Positions 1 through 9,255 of a stretch of 64,000 bases of DNA are shown here, piece by piece. Position numbers and translations under genes: made by a program. The DNA is from an uncultured Clostridia bacterium (GTDB lineage: Bacteria > Bacillota > Clostridia > Oscillospirales > Acutalibacteraceae), in NCBI GenBank assembly GCA_947624835.1, contig CANQLX010000002.1, forward strand, positions 427 to 64,426. The letters run 5' to 3'. A model generated the notes under the pieces. The model was not told the DNA's origin and ran no database searches. It saw nothing but the letters and a program-made list of their open reading frames with translations. Position 1 is the first letter of the stretch. Every line of letters begins with the position of its first letter.

Positions 1-106
1 TATTGTTAATACAACGAATGGGAATGTACACGAAGCAGCGGACAGCAATAGAAATAACAAGGATTAATAATGTGCTTGCCTGAATTTTTATGTTGGGGGT
101 GAAAGT

Positions 107-1033
107 GTGAAAAAAGATAAGAAAGAGAATGAACGAATTAAGCTCATGATGATAATAAACCCGCACTCAGGCAAGCACAAATTTAACTTTTCAACAGGAA
201 AAATTGCCGATATATTTGATAAAAAGAATATGGAGATAGCAGCATATTTTACTTCCCCCGATTATAATGCGGATTATCTTGTTAAGGAGCATATCGGGGA
301 ATATGATATCATAGGCTGCTGCGGCGGCGACGGAACCATAAGCGAAACAATATCCGGCATAATGCAGTCAAATATAAAAAAACCACTTGGATGTATTCCT
401 ATGGGAACAACCAATGATCTTGCCCGTAGCCTGAACCTATATACTAATCCTGTAAAAGCGGCAAAGACCGTTGCCTCCGGAGAAGCTTATCCGTTTGATA
501 TAGGAAGTTTTAATGATAAATATTTTGTCTATATAGCTTCATTCGGGGCTTTTACGGAGGTGTCATATGCAACCTCCCAAAAAGCGAAAAATATTTTCGG
601 CAGGCTTGCGTATATTTTCGGTGCTGCCAAATATTTGCATAAAATTAAGTCATATCATGTTAAAATAATAACCGACGACAGGAGCTGTGAGGGAGATTAT
701 ATATTCGGAGCTGTGACAAATTCTACGTCAGTTGCGGGGCTTTTTAAATTTGATAATGATGAAGTGGATTTTGCAGATGGAAAATTTGAGGTTATGCTTA
801 TAAAGCGGCCCAAAAATATTATGAATGCACTTGCAACATTGTTGTCTATGCTTAATAAATCATATAAGCATGATAACATAATAATTTTCCATGCATCGGA
901 AATAGATATAACCTCAGAGGAACCGCTTGACTGGGCGGTGGACGGAGAACATAAAAATGAGGGGACTGATATAAGAATTAAAAATAATCACTCTGCTATA
1001 AATATCATTATGAGGAAGCATGGAAGACATTAA
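107..1033 (+). CDS. Diacylglycerol/lipid kinase family protein (YegS/DagK-like)
   Basis: 308-aa ORF with a GTG start after the GGGGGTGAAAG RBS. It has the GCCGGDGTISE nucleotide-binding motif typical of DAGK catalytic domains. Confidence 0.85.
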   Translation: MKKDKKENERIKLMMIINPHSGKHKFNFSTGKIADIFDKKNMEIAAYFTSPDYNADYLVKEHIGEYDIIGCCGGDGTISETISGIMQSNIKKPLGCIPMGTTNDLARSLNLYTNPVKAAKTVASGEAYPFDIGSFNDKYFVYIASFGAFTEVSYATSQKAKNIFGRLAYIFGAAKYLHKIKSYHVKIITDDRSCEGDYIFGAVTNSTSVAGLFKFDNDEVDFADGKFEVMLIKRPKNIMNALATLLSMLNKSYKHDNIIIFHASEIDITSEEPLDWAVDGEHKNEGTDIRIKNNHSAINIIMRKHGRH

Positions 1034-1095
1034 AATACCGCATATGATTTTCTAAAAAACTTTGACAAGTTTAGAAGAAAAATTGACAAGAATAC

Positions 1096-1124
1096 TTGAC
1101 ATATTAAATTGGATGTGCTATTAT
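1096..1124 (+). promoter_or_regulatory. Putative sigma-A promoter (TTGACA-17 nt-TATTAT) for the small membrane protein/XRE operon
   Basis: TTGACA at 1096-1101, a 17-nt spacer, then TATTAT at 1119-1124. Two further TTGACAAG copies lie just upstream. Confidence 0.4.
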
Positions 1125-1157
1125 ATAAGCATAGGATATACAAACGGAGATACTGTT

Positions 1158-1469
1158 ATGGATAAAAAGGAAATTCTTGAGAAAAATAAAGAAAAAAACC
1201 GTAACGGTCTTGATGAAAGGGAACAGCGAGTTTATAATTTTTCGTTCGGTATAGGCGCCGTTATTGTTGGTATCCTTTGTTTGGTGTTCAGTGTTTATAA
1301 GGCTCTGAACCGTGAGCCGTTCTATGAGTATGTTGCGATTATAACAGCATATTTGTGCACGACCTTTGTCTATCAGTTTAAAAATCTGAAAAGGCTCCGG
1401 TATCTTATATCGGGATTGGTAACGGGAATTGCAGCAGTAATTTGTATAGTCCTGTTTTTTATGGTGTGA
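1158..1469 (+). CDS. Small membrane protein (3 predicted TM helices), unknown function
   Basis: The start is moved to the internal ATG at 1158 (MDKKEILEKNKEK...) downstream of the predicted promoter, with an ACGGAGA RBS. The C-terminal two-thirds is hydrophobic, and the XRE gene follows 4 nt later. Confidence 0.55.
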   Translation: MDKKEILEKNKEKNRNGLDEREQRVYNFSFGIGAVIVGILCLVFSVYKALNREPFYEYVAIITAYLCTTFVYQFKNLKRLRYLISGLVTGIAAVICIVLFFMV

Positions 1470-1473
1470 GAGT

Positions 1474-1686
1474 ATGAATGATATAATTTTTCAGAACAGA
1501 CTGCGTGTGGCCCGTGCGGAAAAACGAATATCTCAAGGTGAGCTTGCCGAAACAGTTGGAGTTTCCAGGCAGACTATCAGCTCAATAGAAAATAATCAGT
1601 TTTGTCCAAGTGCGAAATTAGCTTTGCTTTTATGCATTGCACTTGATAAAAAGTTTGAAGAGCTTTTCTTTTTTGAAGAAAGCTGA
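1474..1686 (+). CDS. XRE-family helix-turn-helix transcriptional regulator
   Basis: 70 aa. ISQGELAETVGVSRQTISSIENN is a classic Cro/C1-type HTH. Confidence 0.8.
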   Translation: MNDIIFQNRLRVARAEKRISQGELAETVGVSRQTISSIENNQFCPSAKLALLLCIALDKKFEELFFFEES

Positions 1687-1733
1687 AATTGTGTTTATAA
1701 GTTTTAATCTTCATATACATTCCTCCTAAAAAG

Positions 1734-1775
1734 CGGTTGATCCCTCGGTTGTTGCCGGGGGATCTGCCGTTTTTA
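1734..1775 (+). terminator. Rho-independent terminator
   Basis: GATCCC...GGGATC stem extended by a GCGG/CCG(T) pairing, followed by TTTTTA. Confidence 0.6.
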
Positions 1776-1920
1776 TTGGTATATGCACAACATATCATCG
1801 GGGAAGTCAAAAAGTGATTGTCATAATACAGCCCAAATTATATAATATAACTAAATGAGGGGGTTACACTGGTTGATGATGAATTAAAGGATTGTCCCAA
1901 ATTCTGTTGGTTCTGTTTTC

Positions 1921-2580
1921 TCAGAGATAACCTCTGAGAATATCAGTGCTGAGAATTTGAATTTTTCTATAGCCTGTTTTTATGGCACCGCTTTTTGAAA
2001 GTTCGTTTATAAGCTTGCTTACGGTTACCCTTGTTGATCCTATGACGCTGCCTATTTCCTCATGGGTTGAGTGTATTACATTACTCCCACTTTGTGCGAC
2101 ACATTCAAGCAGAAAACCGCAAAGACGACTTTTGGCACTGAGAAAGGCTATGGAATCAACCTGAGAGGAAAGCAGTCTTATTGTGTTCGATTGAAGCCTG
2201 AGAAGTTCAAGGGCAGTCTGAGGTCTGCGGCGGATGATGTCGGTAAGAATATTTTTGCTGATAAGAATAAGCTCCGAGCGTGTCACGGCTTTTGCAGAGG
2301 ACATTCTTTCCCGTCCGTCAAAAAATGCCGCCTCACCGAATACAGCTCCCTCCGTTATAACGGAAAGGGTTTTTTCCGAGCCGTTTTCGGAGGTTATGAA
2401 TATCTTTACACGTCCTTTTTTAAGATAGTAGAAATAATCGGGAGAGCCGCCCTGGGAATAGATTATTCTTCCCGTATCGTATATTCTTGACATAGGCATG
2501 GATTCCAATATATTGGTAAGCTCATTTGCCTGTGTTATTTTACCCTTTTGAAGATAAATTATCGGATTTTCCTTTGGCAT
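1921..2580 (-). CDS. Crp/Fnr-family transcriptional regulator
   Basis: 219 aa. N-terminal cNMP-binding beta-barrel pattern (YYLKKGRVKIF...GEAAFF) and a C-terminal HTH (GSTRVTVSKLINELSKSG). Confidence 0.85.
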   Translation of the reverse strand: MPKENPIIYLQKGKITQANELTNILESMPMSRIYDTGRIIYSQGGSPDYFYYLKKGRVKIFITSENGSEKTLSVITEGAVFGEAAFFDGRERMSSAKAVTRSELILISKNILTDIIRRRPQTALELLRLQSNTIRLLSSQVDSIAFLSAKSRLCGFLLECVAQSGSNVIHSTHEEIGSVIGSTRVTVSKLINELSKSGAIKTGYRKIQILSTDILRGYL

Positions 2581-2780
2581 AGATATGCTCCTTTACAGAG
2601 TTTTTATTCTTGACGGTTCTGTATTAATATGATATAACATTATTAATTGAACCATGGGGGGAATGGACTTGACTAGATATGTTATAAACGCATAAGCGGA
2701 GGCTATGCGTGTTGTGTAAATTGACTTGAATATGTTATAGCCCTGCTTTTCCGAAAAAAATCAGGTATACGGAGGGCATT

Positions 2781-3047
2781 ATGAGCTATAAGAGGGCAGA
2801 GCAGGTCTTACCTGCCGGACTTATCAAAATTATACAAAGGTATGCCGACGGAATATGTATATATATTCCAAGGAAGCAAGGCAGCCGCAGAAAATGGGGA
2901 GAAAACACCGATACATTGTCGGAAATATCAAAGAGAAACTCCTCAATTTGTGAAGACTGCCGCAGCGGTATGAATGTTGCACGGCTTTCGGAGAAATATT
3001 TTCTTTCACCGAAAAGTATACAGCGTATAATTAAAAACATAAAGTAA
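2781..3047 (+). CDS. Small Mor/CD3324-like HTH protein
   Basis: 88 aa. The pattern LP..LI..IQ.Y..G..IYIP ... ending in LS.KSIQRIIK matches the small clostridial CD3324-type family as I remember it. Confidence 0.55.
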   Translation: MSYKRAEQVLPAGLIKIIQRYADGICIYIPRKQGSRRKWGENTDTLSEISKRNSSICEDCRSGMNVARLSEKYFLSPKSIQRIIKNIK

Positions 3048-3171
3048 TTTCTATGAGCCGGGAGTATTCCTACGGCTCATGTTTTTTTAAAAAAATCTAT
3101 GAGGTTGAAACTTTTCAGGCATATATCCTATAATGATTTTGTAATAATAGTTTTTCAGGGGAGGATAATTT

Positions 3172-4038
3172 ATGAATTATCAGATTATAAAGAATTACAG
3201 AACGGATGATGTACTTAGAGAGTCATTTAATCGACTTGCAAAAATAACATTTGGTCTTGATTTTGAGCAGTGGTACAAAAACGGATATTGGAACGATAAA
3301 TATATACCTTATTCTGTTGTCGTTGACAGAAAGGTAATATCAAATGTATCTGTAAATATTATTGATTGCAGTATCACGGGAAAAAATAAGAGATATATTC
3401 AGTTGGGTACAGTTATGACAGACGTCGAATATCGTAACAGGGGTTATATAAGTTTGCTGATGAATAAAATTATGTGTGATTTTCTCAAATGTGATGGATT
3501 TTTCTTATATGCAAACGATAGTGTCAAAGAATTTTATCCAAAATTCGGCTTTAAAAAAGCGGAGGAATTTCGTTTCCGTATGTATATTAATGCGGAAAAT
3601 AATAAGATGACCGCTCGACAAATACCTATGGAGAGCAAAAAGGATTGGGATTTATTTTTGCAGGAGAAAAATAAAAGGAAAAGTGTAGGTTTTGTTAAAC
3701 TTGATACCGATGACCTTATGATGTTTTATCTTACACAGTATATGAAAAATAATGTATATTTTCTTGAGGATTCCGATTGTCTTGTTATTGCGGAAAAAAA
3801 AGGCAAATTACTTACTGTATATGATATTTTTTGCAGTACTGACGTTAATATTGTTTCTGTTTGCTCCGCCTTTGGTGGAGATATTGAAAAGGTCGAGTTT
3901 GCTTTTACTCCCGAAGATATTGAAAGGTTGAAAAAATATAAGTATTATGAGGAGGACTGTACATTATTTATTCTCGGTGAAATCGTTGAGCAGGATATTA
4001 AAAATATCTGTGCCTTTCCTGCAATCGCACACGCATAA
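3172..4038 (+). CDS. GNAT-family N-acetyltransferase with C-terminal extension
   Basis: 288 aa. Acetyl-CoA motif region QLGTVMTDVEYRNRGYISLLM ... FYPKFGF. Confidence 0.7.
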   Translation: MNYQIIKNYRTDDVLRESFNRLAKITFGLDFEQWYKNGYWNDKYIPYSVVVDRKVISNVSVNIIDCSITGKNKRYIQLGTVMTDVEYRNRGYISLLMNKIMCDFLKCDGFFLYANDSVKEFYPKFGFKKAEEFRFRMYINAENNKMTARQIPMESKKDWDLFLQEKNKRKSVGFVKLDTDDLMMFYLTQYMKNNVYFLEDSDCLVIAEKKGKLLTVYDIFCSTDVNIVSVCSAFGGDIEKVEFAFTPEDIERLKKYKYYEEDCTLFILGEIVEQDIKNICAFPAIAHA

Positions 4039-4144
4039 AAAATATTACAGATGTTTCCTGATTAGAATTGTATCGTATTTTACATTCTTTTTCAAGACCT
4101 TGTGTTAAAATAGTGGGGAAGAAATTTTTCAGGAGGTTGATTTT

Positions 4145-5419
4145 ATGGGTATGACAATGTCACAGAAGATCCTTGCGGCTCATGCGGGACTTGACAGTGT
4201 AAAGGCAGGTCAGCTTATCGAGGCTAAGCTGGATATGGTTCTCGGCAATGATATAACCTCGCCTGTCGCTATCAATGTATTCAATGACGGAGGGGCAGCT
4301 CAGGTATTTGATAATACCAAAATAGCTATGGTAATGGATCATTTTACACCTAACAAGGATATCAAGGCTGCCGAGCAGTGCGCACAGGTAAGACGCTTTG
4401 CAAACAAGTATGATATCAAGAATTATTTTGATGTAGGTCAAATGGGAATTGAACACGCACTCCTTCCCGAAAAGGGTCTTGTAGGTCCCGGAAGTCTTTG
4501 TATAGGTGCGGACAGCCATACATGTACATACGGAGCACTCGGTGCTTTCTCGACAGGTGTAGGCTCAACCGATATGGCGGCAGGAATGATAAGCGGAAAG
4601 GCATGGTTCAAGGTTCCGTCTGCCGTTAAATTCGTTCTTACCGGAAAGCCGGCGGAATATATAAGCGGAAAGGATGTTATACTTCATATAATCGGTATGA
4701 TCGGAGTTGACGGCGCACTTTATAAATCAATGGAATTTTCCGGTGATGGTCTGAAGTATCTAAATATTGACGACAGACTTTGCATAGCCAATATGGCTAT
4801 TGAGGCAGGTGCAAAGAACGGTATATTCCCGGTTGACGATATCACAAGAGAATATACAAACGGTCGATTCATGGGTGAGGCTAAGGAGTATTGTGCCGAT
4901 GATGACGCCGAATACGAGGCAGAGTATGTTATCGACCTAAGCAAGCTCCGTCCGACGGTTGCTTTTCCGCATCTTCCCGAAAATGCACGTACCGTTGATG
5001 AGATCGGTAAAACAGAGGTCAGAATAGATCAGGCTGTTATAGGTTCGTGTACAAACGGCAGAATTACAGATCTCCGTGCGGCGGCTGAAATAATGAAGGG
5101 CAGAAAGGTTGCAAACGGCGTCCGCTGCATAGTTATTCCTGCAACACAGAGCGTATATCTTCAGGCTATGCGTGAGGGATTGCTTGAAACATTCATAGAA
5201 GCAGGTGCTATTGTATCAACACCGACCTGCGGTCCGTGCCTCGGCGGATATATGGGAATATTGGCAAAGGGCGAAAAAGCTGTTACAACGACAAACAGGA
5301 ACTTTGTCGGCAGAATGGGTCATGTTGAATCAGAGGTATATCTTGCTTCCCCGGCAGTTGCTGCCGCAAGTGCTGTTACAGGATATATCACAGATCCGGC
5401 AGCAATTGAAAAAGATTGA
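4145..5419 (+). CDS. leuC: 3-isopropylmalate dehydratase large subunit
   Basis: 424 aa, aconitase family. Fe-S ligand motifs GADSHT, GSCTNGR and CGPCLG are present, and the small subunit is adjacent. Confidence 0.9.
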   Translation: MGMTMSQKILAAHAGLDSVKAGQLIEAKLDMVLGNDITSPVAINVFNDGGAAQVFDNTKIAMVMDHFTPNKDIKAAEQCAQVRRFANKYDIKNYFDVGQMGIEHALLPEKGLVGPGSLCIGADSHTCTYGALGAFSTGVGSTDMAAGMISGKAWFKVPSAVKFVLTGKPAEYISGKDVILHIIGMIGVDGALYKSMEFSGDGLKYLNIDDRLCIANMAIEAGAKNGIFPVDDITREYTNGRFMGEAKEYCADDDAEYEAEYVIDLSKLRPTVAFPHLPENARTVDEIGKTEVRIDQAVIGSCTNGRITDLRAAAEIMKGRKVANGVRCIVIPATQSVYLQAMREGLLETFIEAGAIVSTPTCGPCLGGYMGILAKGEKAVTTTNRNFVGRMGHVESEVYLASPAVAAASAVTGYITDPAAIEKD

Positions 5420-5449
5420 TTTGGGTTATAACCCGGAAAGGAGAGTATT

Positions 5450-5935
5450 ATGAAAGCACAGGGTACAGTACATAAATACGGAGATAATGTTGATACGGAT
5501 GTAATAATTCCTGCAAGATATCTTAATACAAGCTCACACAGCGAGCTCGCTTCCCACTGCATGGAGGATATTGACACAGATTTTACCGAAAAGGTAAAAG
5601 AGGGAGATATAATGGTTGCCGAGAAGAATTTCGGCTGCGGTTCTTCAAGGGAGCACGCACCGATAGCTATAAAGGCATCGGGTATAAGCTGCGTTATAGC
5701 TGCCACATTTGCAAGAATATTCTACCGAAATGCCATAAATATAGGCTTGCCGATACTTGAATGTGAGGCGGCAGCTAAAGAAATAAAGGCAGGCGACGAG
5801 GTAAGCGTGGATTTTGATACGGGTATTATAACCGATATAACTACAGGAAAAACCTATCAGGCAGAGCCGTTTCCGCCATTTATACAGAGTATAATAGCTG
5901 ACGGCGGACTTATCAATCATGTAACAAAGAAATAA
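5450..5935 (+). CDS. leuD: 3-isopropylmalate dehydratase small subunit
   Basis: 161 aa. [10 protein letters not shown] swivel-domain motif. Confidence 0.9.
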   Translation: MKAQGTVHKYGDNVDTDVIIPARYLNTSSHSELASHCMEDIDTDFTEKVKEGDIMVAEKNFGCGSSREHAPIAIKASGISCVIAATFARIFYRNAINIGLPILECEAAAKEIKAGDEVSVDFDTGIITDITTGKTYQAEPFPPFIQSIIADGGLINHVTKK

Positions 5936-5949
5936 ACAAAAAATAAAAT

Positions 5950-6000
5950 GAGCTCTTGCAGTGTGTTTCCGAATATGCCTGCAAAAGCTCTCCTTTATTT
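5950..6000 (+). terminator. Rho-independent terminator after leuD
   Basis: GAGCTCTTGCAG / CTGCAAAAGCTC stem (one mismatch) followed by TCCTTTATTTT. Confidence 0.6.
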
Positions 6001-6125
6001 TATATTGAATTATAAGTTAATATCATCCATGCCATTTAACCTTACCAAAACAACCAACACACTCGATATAATATTAACCGTATTTTTGTATAATTTATCA
6101 CTCTCTACAAAATATGTTATTTTTG

Positions 6126-6812
6126 CTATACAGCCAATCTTTTTTTTACCTCCTTCAATATATTCGTGTCGTTTTCATGACGGCACATTTTCATTGCCTC
6201 ATCAATACTTACCCATAAATAGTAGTCTATCTCACTCTGCTGCATACTTACAACGCTTTTTTCTGCCTTTGCAAGAAAGAACACAGCAGTTTTGCGGATT
6301 TTTCCGAACGGACGGTAACTGCTTATCTGACGGAAGCCGGGAACTAATTCTACATTAAGTCCTGTTTCTTCCTTAATTTCACGCAAGGCTGTCTGCTGTT
6401 CGTTTTCTCCGCTCTCAATATGTCCTTTGGGAAAGGTCCAGCATTTTCCGTTATGGTTTTTTACAAGAAGAATTTTTACATCATTTTTTTCGTTTATCCT
6501 GTAAATAACGGCACCGCAGGATTTCTCATATATACAGTTTATTTTTTTGAACGGGACGGATGTATTATACAGCCGTTCTGCAATATCAGGCTCGTAAAAA
6601 ACCTCATCAAGCGGTGTTGCCACCAAACGTGTCTGATAACCGTTATCTCCCATGGCAGACGCTATAATTGTGCAGTCTATAGTGCCGTGAAGCTCGGAAT
6701 CTGTTATAACATAAACCTGCCTTCTGTCGATACTGTCCACTATATAGCCCGAATACAGCCTTTTTTCGGTAAGTGTACCGAATATTTCTATTGTTACATT
6801 TTTTCCGAGCAA
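6126..6812 (-). CDS. NUDIX hydrolase with ~95-aa N-terminal extra domain
   Basis: Nudix box GHIESGENEQQTALREIKEETGL. TTG start 7 nt after a GGAGGTG RBS. Confidence 0.8.
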   Translation of the reverse strand: MLGKNVTIEIFGTLTEKRLYSGYIVDSIDRRQVYVITDSELHGTIDCTIIASAMGDNGYQTRLVATPLDEVFYEPDIAERLYNTSVPFKKINCIYEKSCGAVIYRINEKNDVKILLVKNHNGKCWTFPKGHIESGENEQQTALREIKEETGLNVELVPGFRQISSYRPFGKIRKTAVFFLAKAEKSVVSMQQSEIDYYLWVSIDEAMKMCRHENDTNILKEVKKRLAV

Positions 6813-6868
6813 TCCGCTACACCTCCGTTATTTTACCGTTTCTCTTTATTTTAACAATTAATTTCCTG

Positions 6869-8095
6869 TTATTTTAATACGCTCTTGAGTTCGTCAAGAC
6901 GGACCTGAGTATTTGCCGTCATAATGCTGCTGAGTATAAGTACATCAGTATATTTGTTTTTCTTTATGAAATCCACAATGTTTCCGTCGTAGTATGTCGG
7001 GTCTATAACATAAACCTCATCAAAATCGTTGACGGTATACGGTGCAAATGCACAGCCGTAGGAATCCTTTATTATACAAAGCTTTCTGCCTGTTTTCTTA
7101 CCGGTCTTTATATCCATATACGGATTATTTCCCCAAATAAAAGCACTGTAGGCATTGGAGCCCTCGGCAAAAGTGGCAAGAAGTGGAACATCCTGAGGCG
7201 AGTTCTTACCGTTTTCGAGAAGTGTGCAGGTATAATCTCCGGGGATATTATAATATTTTACAGTGTCCGTATTTGAGGCAAGCACCTTGTTTCCGTCCGG
7301 ATTTTTGTCTGTTTTGGTTGAAATCAACAGGGAACCGGAGAAATTCTTTATTTCACCCGAGGAAAGGTCTTTTATATCCAGTCCGTCTATTCCTGCAGCC
7401 TCGCAAAATTTCTCATATACATAATACGCCCCGAGAGCTGTCCAGTTATGGTCGGTTTTGAAATATATATATTCATCCCTGTGACCTTCAAGGGTTTTTG
7501 CTGCATCTACGGTTATAACACCCTTGCCGAGAGAAGAATATATCATGTTAATGTTAGCCTTTTCATCGTTGCCGAGTTCTCTGTATTTATCGGGAAGTCC
7601 GTAAAGTCCGTGTGTCGGTGCGACTATATTGTAAACCCTGATATCATTGCCGAGAGATTTTTTTATTCCGGCAACAGTTGAGGCATATTTTTTGGCACTG
7701 TCATCCGTACCGTAAAATATTTCATAGCCCTGTTTATCATATACAAAAACATTCCCGTCAAAAGTTCCCTTCAGGTCCTTTGAAGGTGCCGATGAATTGA
7801 CAGAGGATTCTACAGAATTTTCCTCAGACTTTTCGGAGGCGGAACTCGAAGAAACTGAGGACGCTTTGGATTTTTCGGACACTTCTGTCTGCGGAGTTTG
7901 AACTGTATTTTTTTCAAAAACGCCGAAATACGCACATACTCCGACAGCAGCTGCCGCAAGAACTATACATACCGAAATAACTGTAATTATAACCTTTTTC
8001 CTTCCGCCGCCGCCACCGGTGCCGTGTCGATAACTGCCATATCCGTAGGAACGGGATCTGTAAGAACCGTATCCGTAAGAAGATCTTCTGCTCAT
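6869..8095 (-). CDS. DHHW-family (AlgX/AlgJ-like SGNH) membrane-anchored protein
   Basis: The start is moved to MSRRSS (ATG at 8095) behind a GGAAGGA RBS. There is an N-terminal TM anchor, and the signature KTDHNWT is a DHHW-motif variant. Confidence 0.7.
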   Translation of the reverse strand: MSRRSSYGYGSYRSRSYGYGSYRHGTGGGGGRKKVIITVISVCIVLAAAAVGVCAYFGVFEKNTVQTPQTEVSEKSKASSVSSSSASEKSEENSVESSVNSSAPSKDLKGTFDGNVFVYDKQGYEIFYGTDDSAKKYASTVAGIKKSLGNDIRVYNIVAPTHGLYGLPDKYRELGNDEKANINMIYSSLGKGVITVDAAKTLEGHRDEYIYFKTDHNWTALGAYYVYEKFCEAAGIDGLDIKDLSSGEIKNFSGSLLISTKTDKNPDGNKVLASNTDTVKYYNIPGDYTCTLLENGKNSPQDVPLLATFAEGSNAYSAFIWGNNPYMDIKTGKKTGRKLCIIKDSYGCAFAPYTVNDFDEVYVIDPTYYDGNIVDFIKKNKYTDVLILSSIMTANTQVRLDELKSVLK

Positions 8096-8277
8096 TTCTA
8101 TTCCTTCCGTATCCATACATATACTTGTCATAATTATAATCTATATCAGCAAAAAAAACAATCCGATAATACTACAAACTTAAGGAATAATTTACAAAAT
8201 ATTTATGATATTTATGCATGGATCTTTTTATGTTATTGGGATTTATAAATTAAAAATTTTATTATTTTATTGTGCTA

Positions 8278-8312
8278 TTGACAAATAATACTATGTGTAG
8301 TATAGTATTATT
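8278..8312 (+). promoter_or_regulatory. Putative sigma-A promoter with overlapping palindromic operator (PadR autoregulation candidate)
   Basis: TTGACA (8278-8283), 17 nt, TATAGT (8301-8306). A perfect 10-bp inverted repeat, AATAATACTA (8284-8293) / TAGTATTATT (8303-8312), spans the spacer and the -10 box. Confidence 0.45.
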
Positions 8313-8328
8313 TGAGGTGAGGCATGAG

Positions 8329-8649
8329 GTGGATATACAGCTGAAAAGAGGCTTGCTTGATATATGCGTATTGGCGGCAATAAAAAATGAGGATTCATAC
8401 GGGTATAAAATCATTAAGGATATAAAGCCGTATCTTACCATATCCGAGTCAACACTTTATCCTATACTCCGTCGTCTTGAAACGGCAGGTTTGCTGACAG
8501 AATATTCTGTTGAGCATAACAGCAGACTGCGTAAATATTATCATATAACTCCGGCAGGAATAGAAAGAATAGAGATTTTTGACGAGGAATGGCAGGAAAT
8601 ACTGGCTATACATGATTTCGTCACGAGGGAGGATAAAAAGAATGACTAA
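8329..8649 (+). CDS. PadR-family transcriptional regulator
   Basis: Winged-helix pattern LDICVLAAIKNEDSYGYKIIKDI...ESTLYPILRRLE. The GTG at 8329 lies 6 nt after the GAGGTGAGG RBS and gives a typical (M)DIQLKRG N-terminus. The start is uncertain because the ORF is open from 8272. Confidence 0.85.
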   Translation: MDIQLKRGLLDICVLAAIKNEDSYGYKIIKDIKPYLTISESTLYPILRRLETAGLLTEYSVEHNSRLRKYYHITPAGIERIEIFDEEWQEILAIHDFVTREDKKND

Positions 8650-9253
8650 AAATGAATTTACAGCTCAACTCAATAAGATGCTCGGAGGATTGCCGCAAGA
8701 TGATATTGACAGATCAATAATGTTTTATTCCGAAATAATAGATGATAGTATTGAGGACGGTATGAGCGAAGGGGAAGCTGTGGAAGCTCTGGGAGATATT
8801 GAGGATATCGTTATAAATATTAAATCGGAAAATACCGGTAAAACAGAGAAAACCACAGAAATAGGTTATGAGGCGGAAAGTACGTCTGTAAAGCCGAAAA
8901 AGGGCAGAATTTCAAAGGAAAGGCTTATTGCTGTTATAGCAACCTTTCCGTTCTGGATAGGTATAGTTGCCGGTCTTTTCGGTGTATATATCGGACTTTG
9001 GGGTGTTTTTGCGGGCTTGTGCGGTGCGGCAATAGGATTTGCGGTTAGTGCTGTCGGAGGATTGATTGTTTCACCGGTACTGTTTGTATCATCGGTATAT
9101 ACAGGATTAATGCTTGTGGGTTGCTGCCTAATGCTTGGAGGTTTGGTTTTGCCTCTTATTCTTGCATTGAAAATGATTGCCAAAGGTTTGGTTGAGCTTT
9201 TTAAATTGGCTATTAAGGGCGTAAAAGCATTACTTATCACTAAGGAGGCGTAA
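8642..9253 (+). CDS. DUF1700-type (PadR-associated) membrane protein
   Basis: The ATG overlaps the PadR stop (ATGA). N-terminal helical region MTKNEFTAQLNKMLGGLPQDDIDRSIMFYSEII, followed by 3-4 glycine-rich TM helices. Confidence 0.7.
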   Translation: MTKNEFTAQLNKMLGGLPQDDIDRSIMFYSEIIDDSIEDGMSEGEAVEALGDIEDIVINIKSENTGKTEKTTEIGYEAESTSVKPKKGRISKERLIAVIATFPFWIGIVAGLFGVYIGLWGVFAGLCGAAIGFAVSAVGGLIVSPVLFVSSVYTGLMLVGCCLMLGGLVLPLILALKMIAKGLVELFKLAIKGVKALLITKEA

Positions 9254-9255
9254 AG

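Noticed and set aside
5948-6358. 136-aa plus-strand ORF after leuD
   Set aside because: It starts inside the leuD terminator and runs antisense into the NUDIX gene. There is no RBS and the composition is implausible.
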